A model generated the notes under the pieces. The model was not told the origin of the DNA, ran no database searches, and was given only the letters and a program-made list of their open reading frames with translations. From Nannocystis bainbridge (GTDB taxonomy: Bacteria > Myxococcota_A > Polyangia > Nannocystales > Nannocystaceae), in NCBI RefSeq assembly GCF_028368995.1, contig NZ_JAQNDL010000003.1:1536001-1600000 (forward strand): a stretch of DNA of 64,000 bases. The letters run 5' to 3'. Every line of letters starts with the position of its first letter. Positions within the stretch are counted from its first letter, which is position 1. Of the stretch, positions 57,359 to 64,000 are shown piece by piece. The position numbers and the translations under genes were made by a program.

Positions 57359-59041
57359 ATGGGCTTGCTCGACCCGATCCCGCCGCCGTACGACCCCCTC
57401 GAGTGGGCCACTCGCCCCCTGCCGGACAAGAGCCGCATGGTGTGTCGCTCGTGGGCCCTCCAGGGCTACGGGACCCCGGTCGCGGTCTACTTCGTCTACC
57501 TGCTCAAGGTCGGCCTCTACGTCGGCGGCTGGATCTTCTTCTGCGGCTTTTCGCCCGGGCTCGGCGACCCCGCGGCGATCGGGCAATGGTGGCTCGATCC
57601 GCTCGCGTTCCAGAAGGCGATCGTGTGGAGCCTGCTGTTCGAGGTGCTCGGCCTCGGCTGCGGCAGCGGGCCGCTGACGGGCCGTTACTTCCCCCCGATC
57701 GGCGGCTTCCTCCACTTCTTGATGCCCGGCACCACCAAGCTGCCGCTGCTGCGCGGCCTGCCGCTGGTCGGCGGTCCGAAGCGCGGCGCGATCGACGTCG
57801 CCCTCTACGCGGTGCTGCTGATCAGCCTGGTGCGCGCGCTGGTGGCCCCGCAGCTCGACGCATCCCTGTTGCTGCCCTTGGTGGTGCTGGTGCCGCTGTG
57901 CGGCCTGCTCGACAAGACCGTGTTCCTGGCCGCGCGCGCCGAGCACTACTGGGTGATGATCGTCGTGTTCGCGTTCGCCAGCCCGTGGCTCGCCGGGGCC
58001 AAGGCGGTGCAGGCGGCGCTGTGGTTCTGGGCCGGGGTGTCCAAGCTCAATCATCACTTCCCGGCCGTGGTGTGCGTGATGACCAGCAACTCGCCGGTGA
58101 CCCGCTTCGCCTGGCTGCGCCGCCTGGTCTATCGCAGCTACCCCGACGACCTGCGGCCGTCGACGCTGGCGACGGTGATGGCCCACCTCGGCACCCTGCT
58201 CGAGCTCGCGGTGCCGATCGTGCTGCTGCTCGGCGACGGCGGCACGGTCACCACGGTGGGCCTGGTGCTGATGGTGATGCTGCACGGCTTCATCCTCAGC
58301 ACGGTGCCGATGGGCGTGCCGATCGAGTGGAACGTGGTCGTGCTGTACGGCGGGTTCTTCCTGTTCGGCGCCCACGCCGAGGTCAGCCTCGCGGGCCTCG
58401 CCAGCACGCCGCTGCTGGCCGCGTTCGTGGCCCTGTTCGCGGTGGTGCTGCCGCTGGTGGGCAACCTGGCCCCGCACCGGCTGTCGTTCCTGCTGTCGAT
58501 GCGCTACTACGCCGGCAACTGGCCCTATTCGGTGTGGCTGTTCCGCGGCGACAGCTACAAAAAGCTGGAGCGCCTGCGCAAGTCGTCGAAGTGGCTGTAC
58601 GACCAGCTCGACGTGTTCTACGAGCGCAAGGTCTCGGTCGGCCTGGTCGGCAAGGTGATCGCGTTTCGTCTGATGCACCTGGCCGGGCGGGCGCTGTGTC
58701 GCTTGGTGCCGCGCGCGGTCGACGACCCGAACAAGTACGAATGGGTCGACGGCGAGCTGGTCGCCGGCCTCGCGCTCGGCTGGAACTTCGGCGACGGCCA
58801 CCTGCACGACGAGCAGCTGATCGGCGCCCTGCAGGCCCAGTGCGGCTTCGAGCCGGGCGAGCTGCGCTGCATCCTGGTCGAGTCGCAGCCGCTGCACCGC
58901 CAGACCATGATGTGGCGAATCCACGACGCCGCCACCGGCGAGCTCGACCGCGGCGAGATCGGCGTCGCCGAGCTGCGGCAGCTGCAGCCGTGGTCGTTCG
59001 ACGACGCTGCCGACAATCGCGGCAACGCGACGATCGGGTGA
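57359..59041 (+). CDS. DUF3556-family polytopic membrane protein
   Basis: WA.QGYGTP, LGLGCGSGPLTGRY, SKLNHHFP, MGVPIEWN, SMRYYAGNW and GWNFGDGHLHDE. Confidence 0.85.
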   Translation: MGLLDPIPPPYDPLEWATRPLPDKSRMVCRSWALQGYGTPVAVYFVYLLKVGLYVGGWIFFCGFSPGLGDPAAIGQWWLDPLAFQKAIVWSLLFEVLGLGCGSGPLTGRYFPPIGGFLHFLMPGTTKLPLLRGLPLVGGPKRGAIDVALYAVLLISLVRALVAPQLDASLLLPLVVLVPLCGLLDKTVFLAARAEHYWVMIVVFAFASPWLAGAKAVQAALWFWAGVSKLNHHFPAVVCVMTSNSPVTRFAWLRRLVYRSYPDDLRPSTLATVMAHLGTLLELAVPIVLLLGDGGTVTTVGLVLMVMLHGFILSTVPMGVPIEWNVVVLYGGFFLFGAHAEVSLAGLASTPLLAAFVALFAVVLPLVGNLAPHRLSFLLSMRYYAGNWPYSVWLFRGDSYKKLERLRKSSKWLYDQLDVFYERKVSVGLVGKVIAFRLMHLAGRALCRLVPRAVDDPNKYEWVDGELVAGLALGWNFGDGHLHDEQLIGALQAQCGFEPGELRCILVESQPLHRQTMMWRIHDAATGELDRGEIGVAELRQLQPWSFDDAADNRGNATIG

Positions 59042-59256
59042 TTCACGCCACCTCTGGTCCGGAGGCACCTCGGGGGATCGGGCGCAGACGGGCCTGGGCA
59101 CGGCCCTGAGCGGGCATTGCGCGCGAACCGGCCCGCGGGCCGCATCGTGACTCACGTTCGGTCCGCTGAGCCGATCGCGCCGCCGCAGGCGGGCCGCGCA
59201 TCGATCGCCCGTCGCGCCGGGTCGAACCGCGCGGGCTCCAGTAGTACGCTCGCCGC

Positions 59257-60549
59257 GTGCCCGGGCACGAGGCAGGCAACATCATCGCGTCCCGCTACCG
59301 CCTCGAGCGCGTATTGGCGCAGGGCGGCATGGGCAGCATTTGGGTCGCCCGCCACCTCCAGCTCGATGTCGAGGTCGCGCTCAAATTCATGGCCCCCGAG
59401 TACGCCGATTCGCCGGAGCTGCGGGCCCGCTTCGAGCGCGAGGCCAAGGCCGCGGCGATGCTGAAGAGCCCGCACGCGGTCCAGGTCCACGACTACGGCA
59501 TCGAGGCTGGCGCGCCGTACATCGTGATGGAGCTGCTCGAGGGCGAGGACCTGGCGGCCCGGCTCGCGCGCGAGCGGCGGCTGCCCCTGGCGGCGACCCG
59601 GCGGATCGTCGAGGACGTGGGCAAGGCGCTGCGGCGCGCGCACGAGATCGGCCTCATCCACCGCGACATGAAGCCGGCCAACATCTTCCTCGCCCGTCAG
59701 GCCGGCGACGAGGTGATCAAGATCGTCGATTTCGGGATCGCCAAGTCGACCCGCGCCCTCGACGGCGAACAGACCCAGACCAACGCCGTGCTCGGCTCAC
59801 CGCGCTACATGAGCCCGGAGCAGGTCCGCAGCAGCGCCCATGTCGATCACCGCACCGATCTGTGGTCGCTCGGCGTGATCGCGTTTCGCTGCCTCACCGG
59901 TCGCCTGCCGTTCCCCGACGGCGAGGTCGGCGAGGTGTTCGTGGCGATCTGCACTGCCCCCATTCCCCGCGCCTCGGACGTCGCGCCGGACCTCGGCCCC
60001 GAGATCGATCGCTTCTTCGAGCGCGCCCTCAGCCGCGCCGTCGATCAGCGGTTCCAGAGCGCGACCGAGCTGGTCGAGGCGTTCGCGGCCCTGCCGGGCG
60101 CCCGCGATGCGGCGCTGCAGCCGGCCGCCGCCAGCCGCTCCGACGTCGCGGAGCGCGAGGGCGCCAGCGAATTCCTGCCGACCCTGCCCGCGCGCGGGAC
60201 CCTGGCGCACGAGCACGAGCGTGCTCCCGGCCGGCGCCGCGCGGCGCTGGTCGTGGCCGGCGGCGTGACGGCGGTGGGGCTGGCGATCGCGCTGTACTGG
60301 GGGCTGTCGCCGGCGCGGCCCGAGCCGCAGGCCGCCACGAGCCCCATATCTGACGACATTCCCGCTGCGCCTCCGGCGCCCGAGCCGACGCCGACGCCCG
60401 TCGAATCGACGCAGCCGCCCGCCCCGCCGGTCTCGCAGCCGCCCGCGCCCGAGCCCGCGGCCAAGCCGGGGCAGTCGCCCCATAAACCGCGGCGCAACGG
60501 CTCTCACCCGCGACCGAATCGAAGCGATGATCTCCTCAAACACATGTGA
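59257..60549 (+). CDS. Ser/Thr protein kinase with transmembrane helix
   Basis: GGMG, VALK, HRDMKPAN, DFG, SPEQ and DLWSLG; TM helix and Pro-rich tail. Confidence 0.96.
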   Translation: MPGHEAGNIIASRYRLERVLAQGGMGSIWVARHLQLDVEVALKFMAPEYADSPELRARFEREAKAAAMLKSPHAVQVHDYGIEAGAPYIVMELLEGEDLAARLARERRLPLAATRRIVEDVGKALRRAHEIGLIHRDMKPANIFLARQAGDEVIKIVDFGIAKSTRALDGEQTQTNAVLGSPRYMSPEQVRSSAHVDHRTDLWSLGVIAFRCLTGRLPFPDGEVGEVFVAICTAPIPRASDVAPDLGPEIDRFFERALSRAVDQRFQSATELVEAFAALPGARDAALQPAAASRSDVAEREGASEFLPTLPARGTLAHEHERAPGRRRAALVVAGGVTAVGLAIALYWGLSPARPEPQAATSPISDDIPAAPPAPEPTPTPVESTQPPAPPVSQPPAPEPAAKPGQSPHKPRRNGSHPRPNRSDDLLKHM

Positions 60550-61537
60550 TCGCGCGCGAGCGTGCCGGACGCGCGCCGGGCTGCGCGGGACGCTCGCGCT
60601 CGCGCTCTTGCTCGCACCTGGCGTCGCAACGGCCGCGCCCGCGGCGGGCGATCGCGCGGCCGCCGAGGCGCTGTTCAACGAGGGCCGCAAATTGGTCGAG
60701 GCCGGCGACGACGCCGGCGGCTGCCCAAAATTCGAGAGCAGCATGGCGCTGTTTCCATCGACGGGCACCGCCCTCAATCTCGCCCAATGCCACGAGCGCG
60801 CCGGCAAGCTGGCCTCGGCGTACGCGGCGTACCAGGCGGCGCTCGACTACGTCGACGAGACCCGCGACGCCCGCCGCCGCAAGGGCCTTGAGAAGCTCGC
60901 GCGCGACGGCCAGGCCGCGTTAGAGCCCCGGCTGCCGCGGCTGCAGGTCGACGTGAAGAATGCACCGGCAGGGCTCGCGGTCATCCGCGACGGTCAGCCG
61001 CTCGCCGCCGACGCGCTCGGCAAGCCGGTGCCGACCGATCCGGGCCCGCACCAGCTCGATGCCACCGCGCCGGGTCATCAGCCGCTGCGACGCGAGATCG
61101 AGCTGACCGAAGGCAAGACCGAGACCGTCGAGCTGCAGCTCGAGCCGCTGCACGCCGAAGCGCCCGTCGAAAAAAAGCGCCGCGTGCCCGCGTGGGCGTG
61201 GGCCACCGGCGGCGTCGGCCTCGGACTGATGGGCGCCTCGATCTACTTCCTCGTCGACAACCGGGCCGCGGTCGCTGACCTGAAGGCGAATTGCCAGGAT
61301 GTGCCCGGCGGCACGTTCTGCGATCCCAACTACGACTTCGCCGCCGACAACGCCCGCAAGAACCGCGACCTCGGGCTCTTCATCGGCCTGGGCAGCGTGG
61401 GCCTGGTGGCGGTGACGGTGGCGATCGTCGAGATCGCGCGCACGTCGGCGGGCAACCGCAGGGCGGCGCGCAAGGCGATGGCGACCCCGTGGCTGACGCC
61501 CGGCGCCGGCGGCCTCTCGATCGTCGGAAGGTTTTAA
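60527..61537 (+). CDS. TPR + PEGA-like domain protein
   Basis: AEALFNEG...LNLAQCHE (TPR), DPGPHQL...APG (PEGA-like) and C-terminal hydrophobic segments ending GRF. Confidence 0.8.
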   Translation: MISSNTCDRARACRTRAGLRGTLALALLLAPGVATAAPAAGDRAAAEALFNEGRKLVEAGDDAGGCPKFESSMALFPSTGTALNLAQCHERAGKLASAYAAYQAALDYVDETRDARRRKGLEKLARDGQAALEPRLPRLQVDVKNAPAGLAVIRDGQPLAADALGKPVPTDPGPHQLDATAPGHQPLRREIELTEGKTETVELQLEPLHAEAPVEKKRRVPAWAWATGGVGLGLMGASIYFLVDNRAAVADLKANCQDVPGGTFCDPNYDFAADNARKNRDLGLFIGLGSVGLVAVTVAIVEIARTSAGNRRAARKAMATPWLTPGAGGLSIVGRF

Positions 61538-61546
61538 TAAAATAAC

Positions 61547-62467
61547 ATGAGAGCCTTCGATCGATCTTCGTGCCTCTCGATGCTCGCGGCCTTACTCGTG
61601 GGCGCGGCTTGTTTCCCCGATGTCGAGCCGAACGTAAAATCCTTGCCGCGCTGCCACGCGGTCGCGCCGGTGTGCGGGGACGCGGGCGACGACGATTGCT
61701 GCGCCAGCGCGGCGGTCGCCGGCGGCGGGTTCGATCGCATCAACGACCCCGGCTTGCCGGCCACGGTCGCGGACTTCGAGCTCGACCGCTACGAAGTGAC
61801 GGTGGGCCGCTTCCGCCAGTTCGTGGCCGACTATCCGCGCAATCGCCCGGCGCCCGATGCCGGCGCGCACCCGCGGATCGAGGGCAGCGGCTGGCAGCCC
61901 GAGTGGGATGCGCTGCTGCCAGCGGACGCGGCGGCGCTGCAGGTGTCGCTGCAATGCGACGCCAACTTCCGCACCTGGACCGACGCGCCGGGCGAGGCCG
62001 AGGAGCTGCCGATCAACTGCGTGTCGTGGTACCTGGCGTTCGCGTTCTGCGCCTGGGACGAGGGCCGCCTGCCGACCGAGACCGAGTGGAACTACGCGGC
62101 CGCCGGCGGCAACGAGCAACGCTTGTTCCCGTGGGGCGCGGGCGCAGCGACGGCGGCGCGCGCGAACTTCGGCTGCGACACGGCCACGGAAGCATGCCCG
62201 CTGCCCGCGGTCGGCTCGACGCCGCAGGGCGACGGCAAATGGGGGCACGCCGACCTGGCCGGCAACGTGGCCGAATGGGTGCTGGATTTCCACGGGACGC
62301 TGACGCCCGAGTGCCGCGACTGCGCGATCTTGCAAGACGAGACGTTCGGCCGCGAGGCCCGCGGCGGCGACTTCGCCCACACCGAGATGGAGATGACGAC
62401 GACCTTCCGCATCGGCTACGCGGCCGACAGCGGGCAGACGTTCGTCGGCTTCCGCTGCGCCCGGTGA
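61547..62467 (+). CDS. FGE/SUMF1-domain lipoprotein
   Basis: Lipobox-like GAAC; LDRYEVTV, PINCVSW, RLPTETEW, DLAGNVAEW and GFRCAR. Confidence 0.9.
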   Translation: MRAFDRSSCLSMLAALLVGAACFPDVEPNVKSLPRCHAVAPVCGDAGDDDCCASAAVAGGGFDRINDPGLPATVADFELDRYEVTVGRFRQFVADYPRNRPAPDAGAHPRIEGSGWQPEWDALLPADAAALQVSLQCDANFRTWTDAPGEAEELPINCVSWYLAFAFCAWDEGRLPTETEWNYAAAGGNEQRLFPWGAGAATAARANFGCDTATEACPLPAVGSTPQGDGKWGHADLAGNVAEWVLDFHGTLTPECRDCAILQDETFGREARGGDFAHTEMEMTTTFRIGYAADSGQTFVGFRCAR

Positions 62468-62484
62468 TGGTGGATTTTAAGAAG

Positions 62485-62506
62485 GACATGTCCGAATGGA
62501 CATGTC
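62485..62506. repeat. GACATGTC-N6-GACATGTC doublet
   Basis: Two exact octamers at 62485 and 62499, between convergent genes. Confidence 0.9.
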
Positions 62507-62510
62507 TCGG

Positions 62511-63950
62511 TCAGTCCCAGGCGAACGACCACAGGGCGACGATCGCCAGGCCGAGCGAGAGCAGGCACAGGAGCACGGGCACGATCAGGCCGGAGCGCCG
62601 CGCCGGACTCGTGGGCGCCTGAAGCTCCGCCGCAGGCGCGACGACGGGTCTCGCGGTCGCGCTGCGCACCGCCGCCGGAGGGCGAGCGTCTCGCACCATC
62701 AACACCGTGCGGTCGTCGTCCTCGCTGCGCACCACGGGGCGCTCGACCTTCGCGCTGCCCCTATTGAGCTCCGCGCGCTCGATGTTCGCTCTGCCACCAT
62801 TTTCGCCTCCTCCGATCGGCGCTGGCGACAGGACCAGCGTCCCCTCCGCGGCTTGCGGCCGGTCCGGCAGGACCTCGGTGCGATCGACGATCGTCTCGTC
62901 GACGATCGCCTCGTTCACCGGCGCCTTTTCAAAGATCTCGGTGCCCTCGCCGACGGTCGCATCGACCGACTCACTCGCCAGCGTCGTCACTCGCGGCGTC
63001 ACCGGCCTGGCTTCACCCGTCGAGGGCAGGCTGACGATCGTGGTGCGATCCTCGAGGCTCGCCGGCGCCTCGCCCCGCTGCGTCGGCTCGTCCTCGGGCG
63101 CCTGCGCGACGGCAGGCGCGGCGTGAGTCCGCGGCGTCAGCCCCGGCGAGCGGCGAATCAGCGCCAGGTGGCGCGTCAGCTCGGCCACGTCCGCGAAGCG
63201 ATGCGACGGCTGCTGCGCCATCGCGCGGGCGATGAGCGCCTCGACCTGCGCCGGCAGCGGGATCGCCGGTGCCAGCTCGACCGCGCGCGGGGCCAGGGCC
63301 GCGCGCGCGGCCTGGAACGTCGTCGGGCCAGTGAATGGGTGCACGCCGGTCGTCAGCTCGAACAGCAGCAGCGCGAGCGTGTACACGTCGGAGCGCGCAT
63401 CGCCGGGCCCGCCCGTGAGCTGCTCCGGCGCGCGGTACTCGGCGACCATGCCTCCTTCGTCGGCGGGCGCCGGCTGCACGCCGAGCTCCGCGATCGCGCA
63501 GTCGAGCACGCGGACCTGCTCGTCGGGCGTGACCCGCACGTTGCCCGGCTTGAGCGCGCGATGCGGCGAGCCGAGCGCGATCAAGCCCTCGGCGCACGCG
63601 TGCACGATCGCCAGCGCGCGCTGCCACGGCAGCGCACCGGCGCGACGGAGCAGCGCCCCGAGGTCCTCCCCCGCCACCAGCTCGCCGGCCAGGAATGGCG
63701 GGCTCGCGGTCGTGGCGACGGCGATTCGTGGCACCACGATCGCGGGGTGCTCGGTCGCCGCCTGGGTCCGTAGCGCGCTCGCCAGCCGCGTCAATCGATC
63801 GACCGCGATCGGCGCGACATCGAGGACCTTGAGCGCGACCTCGCGGCGGGTCTGCAGGTCCCAGGCGACGAACACCTCGCCGAGCCCGCCGCTCCCCAGC
63901 CGCGCGCGCAGCTCGAACCGCTCCGCCAGCGTGTCACCGGTCGCGCTCAT
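62511..63950 (-). CDS. Ser/Thr pseudokinase with C-terminal TM helix
   Basis: GSGGLG, VALK, APE and SDVY are present, but HRD is HRA and DFG is DCA. Confidence 0.85.
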   Translation of the reverse strand: MSATGDTLAERFELRARLGSGGLGEVFVAWDLQTRREVALKVLDVAPIAVDRLTRLASALRTQAATEHPAIVVPRIAVATTASPPFLAGELVAGEDLGALLRRAGALPWQRALAIVHACAEGLIALGSPHRALKPGNVRVTPDEQVRVLDCAIAELGVQPAPADEGGMVAEYRAPEQLTGGPGDARSDVYTLALLLFELTTGVHPFTGPTTFQAARAALAPRAVELAPAIPLPAQVEALIARAMAQQPSHRFADVAELTRHLALIRRSPGLTPRTHAAPAVAQAPEDEPTQRGEAPASLEDRTTIVSLPSTGEARPVTPRVTTLASESVDATVGEGTEIFEKAPVNEAIVDETIVDRTEVLPDRPQAAEGTLVLSPAPIGGGENGGRANIERAELNRGSAKVERPVVRSEDDDRTVLMVRDARPPAAVRSATARPVVAPAAELQAPTSPARRSGLIVPVLLCLLSLGLAIVALWSFAWD

Positions 63951-64000
63951 GCTCCACCTGCCGCCACGTCGTCGAGGTTGTCGCGCATGACTTCGAGGAA
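63947..64000 (-). CDS. 3' end of a gene entering from beyond the window
   Basis: Open frame FLEVMRDNLDDVAAGGA* whose TGA overlaps the pseudokinase ATG (ATGA). Confidence 0.5.
   Translation of the reverse strand, partial: FLEVMRDNLDDVAAGGA

Overview
High-GC window (roughly 70% by eye) that looks myxobacterial (Nannocystis/Polyangium-like): many Thr/Ser-rich lipoproteins, Ser/Thr kinases, PEGA and FGE proteins. It holds about 50 supportable CDSs, and I recognised no rRNA, tRNA, CRISPR array or IS. Main blocks: (1) cytochrome P450, a di-haem cytochrome and an orphan type I hsdM-hsdS pair; (2) scattered lipid-metabolism genes and lipoproteins; (3) a heavy-metal efflux operon (CDF, small lipoprotein, MFP, CzcA/CusA) with a MerR-type promoter and eight Cys/His repeats; (4) a ~20 kb catabolic cluster headed by a RoxA-type rubber oxygenase, with ADH, ALDH, CoA ligase, four acyl-CoA dehydrogenases, an LvaA/C-like kinase-ACAD pair and fadAB; (5) a low-GC two-gene GAPS4-like defence cassette inside that cluster, with a frameshift; (6) a kinase-PEGA-FGE module and a pseudokinase. 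The most striking unexplained signal is a dispersed motif: GACATGTC-like octamers chained at a 14-bp period (junction TGTC-N6-GACA). It occurs at about 15 loci, mostly at gene ends and in intergenic DNA but also inside CDSs, and I did not find it in the metal-efflux or rox/defence blocks. Family assignments come from motifs and recall, not from database searches.
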